DNA from: Geosiphon pyriformis uo1 | Taxonomy: Eukaryota > Fungi > Glomeromycota | Direction: 5' to 3' | Assembly: GCA_016748015.1 (NCBI GenBank) | Contig: JAAOMT010000135.1 | Location: 124,001-188,000 of the forward strand | DNA: 64,000 nucleotides | In this document: one piece after another, positions 37,501 to 52,000 of the stretch | How positions within the stretch are numbered: the first letter of the stretch is position 1 | How the letters are laid out: every line of letters starts with the position of its first letter | Program-made: the position numbers and the translations under genes | Notes under the pieces: model-generated | Seen by the model: only the letters and a program-made list of their open reading frames with translations | Told to the model about the DNA's origin: nothing | Databases searched by the model: none

Positions 37501-38804
37501 CAATTTCCATAAGCTGTTGGAATGTTGCTGAAGCATTTATCAAGCCAAATGGTATGACTTCAAACTCAAAATTTCCTTCTCTTGTGGTGAATGCTGTTTT
37601 TTCTTTGTTGGCTGGATCTATGGCTACTTGCCAGTAACCACTATCTAAGTCCAGTGTTAAAAACTATTTATTTCCTCCAAAAGCGTCAAATAGTTCTTGG
37701 ATCTTTGGAGTTGGATAGCTATCACCTTTTGTTACTCCATTCAGTTTCTAATAGTCTACACAAAAACGGATTTTTCCATTCTTCTTACAGACTAGTACTA
37801 CTGGTGACAACCATAGACTCATTGATAGTTGAATTAGCCTATTGTTAAGCATCTGGTTGATTTCTTAACAAATAATCTCATGGCTAGCTGGTAGTACTCT
37901 GTATGCTCTTTGTTTAATTGACATTGCATCTCTAGTCTTGATCTAATGCCAGATGATATTGGTTTGGCCAAATTCATTTTTGCTGGCAAAGATGTCATTG
38001 AAATTATTAAATAACATCTTGAGTTGCATCCATTGAAGTGGATCTAGATTTTTCATGTTCATCTGTTCCAATTGTTCTGGTTGGAGCAGATAACATTCAC
38101 TTCATCTATAGATGGTTTGTAATGTAATGTCCACATATCCACAAAGCTGTGAAAAATCTGGAATGTGATTTGGTGGTTGATCCTCAACTTCAGTGGTCAA
38201 ATATCTAATAATAGTTCCCTTTGGTATTTTAATGACACTTCCGGTTGTATTGTAGATAAGAATTTTGATGTTTTTGGGACTTTTGGCTAATATGTAGAGA
38301 TTAGTGAATTCAATTTCTCCTGATTTGCAAATGGTGGCTTCTGTTTCAAACAACTAAGCCTGATTCTTTACTTCTTTTTTTATAAGTAACATATACTGGT
38401 CATATGGTGGAATGAAAATTAATTGACAGGTTGAGATAATTTCCTCTTTGTCAATAACCTCTTTTTCTGCCATATTAACTGATATGTCTATTTTACCTGT
38501 TGATCCAAATCCCTATATCCCTCTAGCAGTAATCTCTAATTCTTCTCTGTTTCTCACTGACACTAATTGAGCTATTTTTACCAGAGATAGGAATATTGCT
38601 TGTGCTATCTTTTTGTTTGGCTCTATGATATAGGTCTTTTTAGAGTTATTTTGTAGCATAGTAATGATATTTCCTATATACTCTGCATCAATTATTCCTT
38701 CTCTGATGTTGATTTCTTTTTTCATTAGACTACTCTTAGATGCTAATTGAACTATAGTTGTTACTAGAATTTTTAGAACTATTTTAAGATTAATATATGT
38801 GCAC

Positions 38805-39753
38805 TGTTACCAGTAGAATTTTAGCTATTAATTAGCATGAAATTACCCTTATAATTCCTATAATTAATTAGTATATTAATATTATTTCAAATTATCATTT
38901 ATTATTTAATCAATTATTACATATTACGATTCAATTAAAATAATCTAATTAGTATAACAGAAAGTAGAATGATCAAATTACACAATACTCTGAACTTTGT
39001 AACATTCTAAAATTTGCCGAAACTTACAGAAATTCGCCGAAATTATGAATAGTTCATCCAAATTAATTAATAGTTCAGCGAAATAACTTGTAGTTCATCA
39101 AAATTTGAACAAAGAGAAAAAGTGCAAGTTTATAGACTAATACTACAACAAGTTGTATAAAAGAAAAGCTTTTTTCTTCAAGAAAATGTATCTTACTTTA
39201 GATTTATTACTTAGAACTATTTCTACACACACAAAAAGAAATAAATATCAAATAATTTAAAAAACCAAATTCTTTAATTATTGCACTTGAAAAATCCCCA
39301 AAACTCAACTAACATTTTAAATTGATTAGCTACCAATTTCAGTAAACTGTTAGTAACTCCAGGCCTGGATAAGAAAACGTTTCCCTTGACAAAATTCTAT
39401 TTCTTTTATATTTCTTTTATTTTCTTGTATTTTTTTATTACAATCATTAGGGTAGCCTACAGACAAGATTTTTGTAGAAGAGTTGACTTTCACAACAAAG
39501 TAACTACACATTTTAGTGAGCTTCCAGACGAGCAATTCCTGGGAAAGAGTTGATGTTTATTACAACATAACTACATAAAGTAACTGGTATGGAATTGGCC
39601 ATTCTACTTATAAGCCCAGCAAGTTCAAATTATAGAAGATAATTTGAAAATAAATTCAGTTATTGGAGGTTTAACTACTTCTAAAAAACATGAATTTGCA
39701 ACCAACAGACATTTACAATATTCAAGAAAAAAGACCAAAAACCTTTAGTAACA
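38805..39753 (+). mobile_element. Solo LTR X1 (family X), inserted in the A2 dUTPase
   Basis: tgttac...gtaaca termini and a perfect GCAC TSD. Homologous to 46206-47188. Confidence 0.88.
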
Positions 39754-42700
39754 GCACAAATTTGGTTCCAATTTGATGGCTTCTTTTTCTAAATATCTCA
39801 GATCAAATCCTGCATCAGTATCATGTATGTGTTTTGGCATGATACCTTCATTATTGTCACTATACCATTTGAGTTCCTGCTTCTTAGATAGATTAAGAAG
39901 TGCAATATATATTTTGGGGTTTAAATCGGAGTCTGAATTGCTGATATTTTTGTTGCCATTTTGAGTAGAGCTGGAACTGTTATTTTCATTATCGTCATTG
40001 TCAGAGTTTGAATCAGGATTGAAAATTGATTCTGATTCTGATGCACAGTTGCTGATTGGTTTTTTTTCCTTTGGGATTGTGTAGATCATGCATGGTGGTG
40101 AATTGTAAATGAGATCACACTCATTATAATATTAAAAATCACATGGAATCAAACAGTGGTCACATAGTTGAGTGTTAATTTCTTCCAAGTGTTGCTCCTG
40201 CTCTTCTCTCATAGGTGCTAGCTCTTGATAATGTTCGTAGAATTGTTCTGGATCTAGAAGATTTATGACTGGTTCTGGGTTCCAGTCGAGTTCTATAGGT
40301 TCAAGTGAGTTATTTTTAATTGTTTTTATCTCTTTTGGTGTTGCTTCTTTGATTTTGGCAAGTATTATTTGTCAGATTTTGTCATCATTGTGTGGACATC
40401 CATTCAGATGTTTAACAGCTTGTCTCCAGACAGCATCTATGAGCATTCTTTTCCTTACCCAATCACTTATGAGAATTGTGTATTGACATAATTCATCACA
40501 CATTCCTTCTTGTCCAGAAATGTTGTTCCACATTTCTTCATTTAGAAGAGTTTCTTCACAAGTCAAGCATGGTTTATTGTCCTATTTTCCAACTCGTTTT
40601 GGCCTTTTAAAATGTTCAATGATGCAGGAATGGCAGTAGAATTTTGTTGTCGAAGTGTACTTCTCATCATCACCACAACAAGTGTTCATTGATGACAATT
40701 TCTTGCCACAATCAACACATACCAGTTTTGGGCAGTGATAAGTAGATTGGTAAAATGTAGTGTAGGAATTATAAGTGAAATTGCTGTTAGTTGTTGTTTC
40801 TTCTTCTTTCTCCTTTTCTTTTCCTTTTTTGTCTTCTTTTTATTTCCAATTTATTTGTTTTTCCTGGTTATTGTCAGTTTCCCAGGCTTGGTCGGCTTTC
40901 CAGATAAGTTCTTCACTCTGCTTTCCTTTGCTGTTGTCATCCCACGAAGGTACTGGTGGCAGCTCGTTGTGTTTGGTGTTGGCCCAAGAAACTTGGTAGG
41001 CTTCTCAGGTAGATTTCTTCTCCTCTTCCTCAAATTCAATAAGTGGGGTTGTTGAGTTGGTGGTCTTGAAATGACCACATGTGGCTGGTACGTGTGTGTG
41101 TTGGTTGTTCTGGTTAATTTGAAGCTTCTACATATTTCAATTAAGCAATGCATTGGTTTTAAATAGCCAATCATTCCCAACAAGTGCTTAATATTGGGTG
41201 GCTTCTATAACCAGTACTTTGATTGAGACCATAATATTATTGATTTTAATGGTAAAGTTGTCAATTTCACCAATGGAAGTTTTTGTTGCTCCATCAGTGG
41301 TTATGATCTTGGTGTTGGCAGCACAATCAACTTGGTAATCTAATTGGTCCATGAGTTGTTTTGTAATGATGCTGCCAACTAATCTACTGTCTAAAATCAG
41401 TTTGATGGAGTGACCATCAACTTTAACATTAGTATACATGGCCATAATAAGTTTTTCTTCTAGAGTGGCTCCACTAAATAACAGTGTGGTCAACAGTTCT
41501 TCAAGTTTAAATGGGAAAATGGTGTCTAGTGATTTTTTCTCAGTAATGGTAGCTGGTGGAATGTTGCTGGTAAGTGTTGGTTGTTGGTTGGTCTCTGGAT
41601 TATTGGGTTGGGCATCTTCTGTGGTAACCAGAAGACTTAAATAGTTTTGGGAATTCGGGTTTTGGGCATACCCAATGCCCGAATTCCATTGTCAAGATCC
41701 TGCTGGTTGTGTGGAAGAACTAGAGATTAGTTGGTGAACTATCATTGACAATCTCCAGCTTTGTTGGGTCAATTTTGGCCTTTGGGTTTAATTTTAAGGT
41801 AAGTTCTGTGGTGGTGTTTGAATTTGTTGGGGCTGATAGATTACCTGAGGCTGTGGCTGATAAATGGGTTGTGACTGTGGCTGATAAATTGTCGGTGTTG
41901 TCAGTTGATAAATTGGTACTTGATATACTGGTGGATGATAAAGTGGCTGCTGTGTCATAGGTATGTAATTCTGATAATATGACTCTGAATTTGGTAAGTT
42001 ATTCGGAATTTGAAACCAGCGATTGGGGTTTCAATATTGATTTCCTGATCATTAGTTATTTAAGCAATGGCAGCAATCGATTTGTAGGTGTTCTTGTTTA
42101 CCACAATAGTGGCAAACACATGTTTCTTATTGCCACTGTTGATTGGTTAATGATAATAGACATGACTGATTCTGGAAATGATTTGCATTTCTGGAATTAT
42201 TGTATTATTGTGGTGGTTGATAAATTGCATGATTGTCAGCTAAGTATCTCTCTAATTTCTAATTGATAGAATTACTAAATTGTTTCAATTTGGAATTCAA
42301 TTCAGATGATTCATTTATTACTAGATTAATGGCTTGGGTGTGGTTAGCTTCGAGTTCAACAGCTTCAAAATTTCAGGCATTTGTGATGGCTGTTTGCAGA
42401 TTGATAGAATGCAATAGACATATGTGTTGCAGAATGCTACTGTATAATCCGTGAATAAACTGATTTAGAATCTGGGCCACTGTAAAATAATTGGTGTCAA
42501 TAACTTGGATCTGGTGCAGATTTCTGTGGAAGCATTCTAAGTAAGTAGTGACTGCTTCATTTTCTCCTTGTTTGATGGTAGTGAATGTGTTTGCTAGCCT
42601 GTTAATGCTATTATTGTTACTGAAGTATCTTAAAAACTCAATTTTGAATGCATTAAAATCTTGGAATTTGTTGACCAGGCTTTAGTACCATGAATTGGCA

Positions 42701-43814
42701 GTATTCTGGAGAAAATATGGAATGACTTGTATGGCTCTGGCATCATTCCATCCATTAGCTACAATAGTTTTCTCCACATCATTTAGCCATACTTGGGTGT
42801 TGTCTTCTTTACTAGTGAATTTTTCGAGTTTGGCTATTAGTGTATATGTTATTGGATCTAAGTTGGGTTGTGGTTGCTGCTGGATTTGTTGTTGAGATAG
42901 CAGTTGTGGCTGTTGTTGCTGTTGGGCATTTGGTAGAGCTGGTGGTAGATTGATCATGATTACTGGAAGTAAGTGCTAATTAATTACATCAGGATTTTGA
43001 TTATTTTGATTTTTCAGAGTTTGATTAACTGGAGTTTTAATTATTGAATGTTCTAGGATCAGGTTTTGCTTATTAACTTCCCAATTGCTACTCTTTTCTT
43101 CTTTGGAGTCAGTTATTTTCTAAGGACTAACGGCTCCGAAATCTGGTTGTGGTGATAGTGATTGAATTCCTGATGGTGTTAGAAATCATGATTTAAATCT
43201 CTCAAAATAATTGCCATATGTTCCTAATAACTCTGCCTTCTTTTGTTTACTTTGGAATGGGATTCTGTTTAGTGACATTGTCGTGCTTGTTGTAGCTGTG
43301 TTTATTATATTGATAGTATTTCTGGGTGTGTGATGATATGATAGATTAGCAGGTAAATCAAACCTTTGTTTCTTTCAAGTAGGTAGTTGGATTTGCTTTG
43401 GTGTTCCTGCTGATGTTTGTAATCTTCTTTTGTCTTTGTCTGCAAAAGTGATAGGAAATCTCTGTTTGGTGTATTTTTCAATTTTTCTGTTTATTTCTGT
43501 AATTAGGGGTGCAAATAGGTAATTTTGTGGAAAGGTGGTGCTTTGGAGTAATTTACTAAAAAAGTTGTTAAAAGTGGATTCTGGATCTTCTTGGTCTTCC
43601 AAGTGATATACTATTCTTTTGTTGACATAGCAATTGAAAGCTGATTCAGTTGGCCAACTATTATTTGTTAATCTGAAATAAGTGTGATAGTGTTGGAATA
43701 AGGATTTTGCAAATCCTAAATGGTTTGTTCCTATTTTTTCAGATTCTGTTACTGTTTAGATGATTATAGTTGGTGCTGTTTTCTGTAAGATTATACTTTA
43801 CAGGGAGCATCAAA

Positions 43815-44698
43815 TGTTACAGATGATTATTTGGGGTCTCAAATCAAATAACAAATCTGTAATTTGGTGCTCAATATTTTAACAATGTTGGTGATACTGG
43901 TACATTGGTTGTATCTGAAGGTTTTAGAGTTGAGTCTTTTGTATAATGGACAGAGATTCAATAACGATATAGTTGGTTGGTGAGTTGTGTTCCCAATTTC
44001 TGTTTTCAGCTTAGTGGCCAGTTTATTCTGGCAGTCGTGCCTTTCTGGTAAGCTATTCATTAATATATATATAATTTTACCCTTATTTCTGGGTTTTTTA
44101 CCAGGCTATCCATAACATCAATTACTCAGCACTTTAATTCTTAATTAGTTAGTATATGACAGTAAAAATCAAAGAAAGAAAAAAATAAAAAAAAATAAAA
44201 AAATGAGCCAAAGTAATGTGCACATTAGTATCTCGTCAATAGTCATGATTAAGAGCTATTGTTTCAGTGTGGTTAGGTAGCAATTACTATCAACATAAAG
44301 TGTTGATAGTGAAGAGTAGATGTGAATAGTGAATGATTTATTTATTTAATATTTGTGGATAGAAGATTTCTAACTAAAGAATTCTTATCTTTCTACTTCT
44401 AATGCTACTGCTATATATACATAATTGATGTTCTATGAGATCACTCACATTTCTGAGCAATGTGCTATGATTTCTTGAGCAATGCTCACATTGGTAAGTA
44501 ATGTGCTCTAATTTTCTAACATCACTCCACATTGCTAAGCAATGTGCCATGTTTTCTGATATTGCTCTATATTGCTGAGCAATGTGCCATGATTTCTATC
44601 ATTGCTCTACATTGCTGAGCAATGTGCTTACGTGCTACTTACTATTCACTTATTGGTCTACTATTCTCTCTATATCTGTTTTTTTTTTATGAATAACA
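43815..44698 (-). repeat. 5' LTR of A2
   Basis: Direct repeat of 33653-34537, with the PBS adjacent on the left. Confidence 0.92.
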
Positions 44699-46205
44699 CC
44701 AGGTTTTTTTTTTATTACTATATATATTGGTCATAAGCTAAGTAGAAAATTTATCAATCTTTCTTTCAATAACTTCTAGAAAGTATTTGGCAATTACACT
44801 AACAAATAATCCACTGTCTAGGATCAAATCAATAAAGTAACCAGCCACTTGAACTTTGCAAATCAGAGGAGTAACATTGCTGTTGTCAGTAAGTTTAGCT
44901 TGGTAAGAGTGCTTATTGGTTTTTGGTGTCTTTTTCTTTAGAATTAATAATTTGTGAAGATCTTTTTTGAACTGTAGATGAGTCATTAATTGGCCAAATA
45001 TAATGTGTGCTGAGGTTTTTATAAGATCTTTAACAATAGAATAAAGACCAGATTTTTGTACTATCTCTAAGAGTTCCAACTTTGGAGAATTTTTAAAAAC
45101 TTTAGCCTTTGATGGCTCATAGTTATTAGCAGTTGATATGAATGCTTTGTTTGGATCTAGAACAAAATCAATCTTGGCTTTCTTCTTCTTTTTTGTTGAT
45201 TCAAAAGTGTTGATTGCTAGTTCATCCATGTCATGGTCATTATTAATTAGGATAAAAACATAAAAGAAATTTTTTTCTGGTTGGCTTGCACTTTCACTTT
45301 TTGAAAGTGTGCTTACTATTTTAAAGACTAATAAACAGTGACTTTAACTAAGGGATCCTTCCCAAAGAAATTAATGTTAACATAATTGGGTTTTTAATTA
45401 GAAACATTGTTGTTGATAGTTCTGTTGTTTTGATTATTATTGTTTCTGAGAACTAGAGGAAGCAGAGAAGAATTGTTGCAATCTTTAGAGAAATGTCTAG
45501 TTAATCCATAATGATAACACACAGATGGGCCACAATTTTGTTGTCTTTGATAAGAGTGTTGTTGGAGCTGATTAAAACAAAGTTCATATCTGGATTTTTG
45601 GAATTGTTAATTTTCTTTAACTGCTTGGGTTAAGAATTCTAATAATCAGACAAGATTGGCTGTAAGTTTATCTATCAATTGTTTATTGAAATTTGGAGTT
45701 TGGACAGCAAAAAAAGTGGCAGCCATTTGAAAAGCAAGAGCCATAACAGAAGCAAAAGCAAAAACTAAAAGCATAGATCTCAAGTGTATTCTTTGGTTGT
45801 CTTCAATTTGTTGGACAAGTTCAATGGCCATGTCCATTGTAAGATTGTCTTTTAGGGCCAAAAGGAGCCAAAAAGCATATGAGAGATTAGTTCTTATTTC
45901 TTTTGTAAAGGAATAAATTTTCTGTTCTTCTGTTTAGTTTCTTTTGGAGTCTATTCATTTAATTAGTTTTTTAATAGCTTTGACATATTTAGTCACAACT
46001 TTATCAGAGCTTTGGATTTTTTTTTCTAATTCCATATGCCATTTTGAGATTAAAATGGGAGTTCTAAATTTAGTTTCAAACCAAATTGTAAAAGAGGTAT
46101 TTTCTTCTTTAGTATTTGTTGGTACTTATTTAATAATTTTTTGGTAAGCACCAGCATTAGTTTTTTGTGGAAACCAAGTAGCAAAAAAGTCTTGAAAGTA
46201 GTCAC

Positions 46206-47188
46206 TGTTACCAGATAAAATTAGAAATATTGTTTAGCATAAAATTACTCTTATAAATTTTATCATTAATTAGCATATATTATCGTTTCAAATTATCACT
46301 TATTACATTAGCAAAATGTCCGAAATTATCATTTAATTAATAACTCAATTTGTACATAACACAAATGTAACCTAAGTGCGATGATCAATTATGCAATACC
46401 CTGAAATATGTAACATTCAAAAGTTCGCCGAAATTTGTAGAAATTTGCCAAAATAATTGATAGTTCACCAAAATATCTAATAATTCACAGAAATAACTTG
46501 TAGTTCGCTGAAATGTATCTTTAGTTCAGCGAAATTGTAGAAAAGAGCAAAATTCAAGTTTATGGAATAGTGTTACAACAAGTTGTATAAAAGAAAAGCT
46601 TCTTTCTTCGAGAAAATATATCTTACTTTAAATTTATTACTTAGAACCATTTCTACATATACAAAAAGAAATAAATATTAAATAATTCGAAAAACCAAAT
46701 TCTTTAATTATTGTACTTGGAAAATCTCCAAAACCCAACTAACGTTTTGAAATTGATTAGCTACCAATTTCAGTAAAACTGTTAATGACTCCAGGCCTAA
46801 ATAGAAAACGTTTCCTTTGACAGAATTCTATTTCTTTTACATTTCTTTTATTTTTTTTCTTTTATTTTCTTATTATAATCATTAGGGTAGCCTACAGACA
46901 AGATTCCTGTAGAAAAGTTGACTTTCATAGCAAAGTAACTACACATTTTTAGTGAGCTTCCAGACAAGCAATTTCTGGAAAGAGTTGATGTTTACTACAA
47001 TGTAACTACATAAAGCAACTGGTACAGAATTGGCCATTCCACTTATAAGTCCAGTAGTTCAAATTATAGGAAATAATTTGAAGATAAAATTCAGTTATCG
47101 GAGGTTCAAACACTTCCCATAGTCATGAATTAACAGCATTACAACAAACATACAAGAGCTAAAAAGAGACCAAAAACATCCGGTAACA
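46206..47188 (+). mobile_element. Solo LTR X2, inserted in B gag
   Basis: tgttacc...ggtaaca termini; TSD tcac/ccac. The host reads KFQIVGG then resumes YFQDF. Confidence 0.88.
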
Positions 47189-48215
47189 CCACCAACAATT
47201 TGAAACTTGTATTTATTATTATATTGGTTGGCTGTAGCAGCTCTTTTAAAGTTATTTAACCATTCAATTAGATCTTGTGTATTATCTCTAAATAAAGATA
47301 GTGGAGTGTTATTTCTTTGTCTTAAAGCAGTTTGTATACTCTGAAGGGCAATCAAAATGTTTTGTTGCATGAGGTCATTAGTTATTGGTTTAAAAATAGC
47401 TGTTTGTGTAGAATGTTTTAATTCACTTGAGAAGAGACCAAAAACAGGAGCAGTTTGATAGCTTTCTTCTTCTGTTTCAAAGGAAGTTTCAATCCAAATG
47501 TAAATTTGGTAATTTAGATATTCAGAATTAGAGGGCTGTTGTTTAAAGATTGTTGAATATAAAAGCTAATTAATACTGTTGTTTTTTTCTTCAAAGTTGT
47601 CTTCAAAATAAGGTTAGTTAAAGTAATAGGTTGTATAAGCTATGTAGATTTCAGCTGAATGCTTATTTTGAAACTAGTTCCAAAAGTCTTAGAATTGTTT
47701 ATTAAATTGTTTTTTAATGAGAAAACAAATCAAGCAGAAAGGCAAAAGATTGAGTTCAATAAAGTTTAGATCATTTTTGTTGTGTGCTTTAAAGTATTCT
47801 TTTGATTATTGTGGCAGATATAAATAATTACTTATACAATAAAAAACAAAGTAAATTTTGACAACCTCACAGGAAGCACCACTTTTATGTTATGGGTTGA
47901 AGTAACAAGCTAACAGATAGCAAGAGAAAACAAAATTGTAGGGTAATAAAAGAAATTAAAGAGAATTTAACTTTAAAGAGTGAATTAAATGATGTTACTG
48001 GAGGTTTTTAGTCTCTTTTCTTGAATATTTTTAATGTTTGTTTGTTTGTTTGTTGCTAATTTTACATTTTTTGGAAGCAGTTGAACCTTTAATAACTGAA
48101 TTTATTTTTAAATTATCTCTTATAATTTGAACTGCTGGGCTTATAAGTAAAATGGCCAATTCTATGCCAGTTGCTTTATGTAGTTATATTGTAATAAATA
48201 TCAACTCTTTTTCAG

Positions 48216-49026
48216 TATTACTCATAGAATATAGGGAGAATATTAACATATAAATTAACCAATCAAAAGTAGTCATAGTAAATACAGAATTCCAGGATTC
48301 TTATATAAGGAATTGCAGGATTCCAGAATTCCAGAATTCTTCTCAAAAAGAATTGCAAGATTCCAGGAATTTCAGGATTTTTGGTGTGAAGAATTGAGAA
48401 ATTGAAAAATCTCAATTATGTATATATAGCAGTAGCATTAGAAGTAGAAAAGACAGATCTCCTAGTTTAAATTTAATCTAAACAATATTCCACTTCACAA
48501 ATATTAATAAATAATTATTCTATATCTTCAATCCACTCTCCACTATCAATACTTCATGTTGATAACAATTGATACTTAATCATACTGAAACAATAGCTTT
48601 TGATCATGGCTATTGACAGGATACTAACTTGTAAACGCCTTGGCTTAATTTTTTTATTTTCTCTTTATTTCTTTTTTCTTTTCTTTGTTTTGTTGTGTTT
48701 ACTAATTGATTAAGGATTAAGTACTGAATTATTAATGTTAAGGATTGTCTGGTAAAAAACCTCTGCAAGTGGGTAGAACACATAAAGAATTACAGATTAC
48801 TTATCAGAGGATTGCCAGCCATTAAGCTGAAGAAAAAAATTAACAGAATTGCAATTCTGGGAAGCTACAGATAAACAACTATTGAATTTTTGTCTATTAT
48901 ACAAAGAACTCTAACTTAAAACCTTCAGATCACCCAAAACTTTCAAAAACTATTATCAAGAAATTAACTGAGCACCAAGTTATGAGTTTGTTATTTGACT
49001 TAAGACCCAAATAATCATTTGTAATA
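48216..49026 (+). repeat. 5' LTR of A3
   Basis: Direct repeat of 57371-58191, with a GGAATTCCAG-type array at ~48286-48415. Confidence 0.92.
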
Positions 49027-52000
49027 TTTGGTGCTCTCTGTAAGATATAATCCTACAGAGAACCAGTATTAACAACAAATCCTTCAAAAGTGGCAGAACC
49101 AGAAAACATAGGAGCAAATCATTTAGGATTTGCTAAATCTTTGTTTCAACAGTATAGCCAACAATTAGGATTAAACAATAACTACTTTCCAGCAGAATTA
49201 GCATTCAACTTCTACATTAATGATAAAATTACAGACTGCTTAGAAAAAACAGTTAACATTAAATCAGCAAGAGAAAACTTCTATACAGAATTATTTCAAT
49301 ACACTAGCCTATCAAGAAACTACAGTTTCATACCAATTATTAAAAAAATCAACCAAACCATTGAAAGATATACCCAACAACAATTCCCTATTATTTATGC
49401 AAACAAAGACAAAAGAAGGTTACAAACACCAACAGTAATGCCTAAAAGAATATAACTACCAACTTGGAAGAAAACAAGAATAGAATCATCAACAAATCTA
49501 TTATACCACTATACACCCAGAAGTGCTATCAACATCACATCAACAGGTGTGTCCACATCAACCACAACATTAACATTTAAACAATTCCTATTTCAGAGTA
49601 AACAAAAAAAAGAAGATTTTCTAGGACCATACAGTGTATATTTTGAAGAATTTAAGTTACAAATACCCACACCATCAGGACTTTGATCCCCACCACTCCA
49701 ACCAGATTTTAGAACCATAAGTTCCTGGAAAATAATGGAATCAAAAGGAGAACAGAAAGAAGAAAAAGAAGAAGAATCGGAAGATTAAGAATTTACTTAC
49801 CAAAACCCAATTCCAGAAAACCCAGACATTAAAATCCCAAACTTTCAGACTCAGCAAAATCCAAAATTAAAAAATCTGGAAGTCAAAACTCTGAATTTTC
49901 AAACTCAGCAAAATTGGAATGATCAAAACCCTAACATTAATAATTAACAACACTTACCTTCAGTAATCATCATCAATCTATCACCAATTGCTCCACAATA
50001 ACAGCCACCACTGCAACCCCAAATTCAATTACCACTTCAACTACTACAGCAAATAAACTTGAATCAAATGGCTTACACTCCAATAGTGAAACTTGAAAAA
50101 TTCATCAGCAAAAAGAACAATGCCCAAGTATGGCTAAATGATGTGAAAAAAGCCATTGCAACCAACAGATGAGATGATACCAGAGCCATACAAACCATTC
50201 CCTATTTTCTCTAGAATACTGCCAATTTATGGTACCAAAGCTTGATTAACAAACCCCAAGACTTTAATGCATTCAAGCTTGCATTCCTACAATATTTTAG
50301 TAATAATAATAGTATTAACTGATTGGCAAACACTTTCACCACCATCAAACAAGGAAAAAATAAAGCAGTCACTACTTACATAGAATGCTTCCACAGAAAT
50401 TTGCACCAAATTCAGACCATACAGGCTGATTATTTTACAGTACAAATCCTAAATCAATTCATTAGAGGTCTGTGCAGTAGTATTTTCCAATGTATACATC
50501 CAATGCACCCAGCAGATCTTCAAGCTGCAGTTATAAACACCAGAGATTTTGAGGCAGCTGAACTCAAAGCTAACTACATCCAAACTGTAAATCTAGTAAT
50601 GAACAGATCATCTGACTTGGATTCCAAATTGAAACAATTTAGTAATTCAATTAATCAGAAATTAAAGAGATACTTAGCTAATAATTGCACAATTTATTAA
50701 CTACCACAATAATACAATAATTCAGGAAACACAAATCGTTTCCAAAATCAGTCATGTTCATTATCATTCTCCAATCAGCCATAGCAGCCAGAGACATAAG
50801 TCTGCCACAATTGTGGTAAACAAGGTCACATTAGAGCTAACTGTTATTCTTATAGTAACTTACAATTGGAAAATCAATATCGAAACTCCAATTACAGAGT
50901 TCAAATACTGAATCATTATTTAAATCAAGATCAATATCAACCCACTTATCTGCCAATGATGCAGCAGCCAATCTATCAACTACCAGTATATCAAACTCCA
51001 ATTTATCAGCTGCAGCCACAAGTAATCTATCAATTACAGCCACCAGTAATCTATCAACCCCAACAAATTCAAATACTGCCACAAACTATACCTCAAAACG
51101 GAATCCATGGACTGAGAATGACACAGCAAAGCTGAAGATCGGCAATGGTAGTTTACTAACCAATCCCCAATTCATCAGCCCAACCAACAGGATCTTATCA
51201 GCAGAATTTAGAAACTGGGCACATCCAAAACCCAAATTCTCAACACTATTTAAGTCTCCTAGTTACTTCAGAAGATGTTATATTCAGCAACCCAAAACCC
51301 AGCCAATAGCAGCCACTGACCAGCAACATTCTATTAGCAACAGTTACTGAAAATGAATTACTTGCTGCCATTTTTCCTTTTGAATTAGAGGAAACCATCA
51401 ACACTTCATTATTTAGTAAAGCTGCTTTGGAAGAAAAACCTATTACTGCAATGTATACTGATGTCAAGGTTGATGGCCACTCTATTAAACTTATCCTGGA
51501 TAGCAGTTTGACAGGCAGCATTATCACCAAGCAACTCATGGATCAATTAGATTACCAAGTTGACCAAACTGCCAGTGCCAGAATTATCATTGCCAATAGT
51601 GCTACAAAAACACCTATTGGCGAGATTGATAACTTGCCATTTGAAATTAATGATATTATCACTCCCATCAAAGTTCTGGTAATAGAAGCCACCCAATACC
51701 AAGCTCTAGTTGGTAATAACTGGCTATCCAAAACCAATGTAATGCTTGACTGGACCACCCAAGAGTTGCAAATAAATCAGAACGGCCAATACACATGAGT
51801 ACCAGCAACATGTGGCCACTTCAAACCCAACAACATTTCACCAACACCCTTAATTGATGTCGAGAAAGAGAAGCTGAAACCAACTTGGGAAGCATATCAA
51901 GTTTCTTGGGCCAAGGAAGACCACAATGAGCTGCCACTGATACTGTTGTAGGATGATAATGGGAAAAAAAAACAAAAGGAAGAATTTATCTGAAGTACTG

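Larger units (their letters stand above)
33653..44698 (-). mobile_element. Ty3/Gypsy element A2 (family A), inserted in the protease region of B
   Basis: LTRs 33653-34537 and 43815-44698 with TG..CA ends. TSD ctag/ccag. PBS and PPT present. gag, PR (ILDS), dUTPase split by X1, RT/RNase H (ORF 36677..37462), integrase from ATG 36631, and 3' ORF 35245-34552. Confidence 0.94.

Noticed and set aside
46206-47188. Ginger-type or MITE DNA transposon call for family X
   Set aside because: Inverted ends are only ~6-9 bp, and the motif array plus TATA layout mirrors the LTRs. Not fully excluded.
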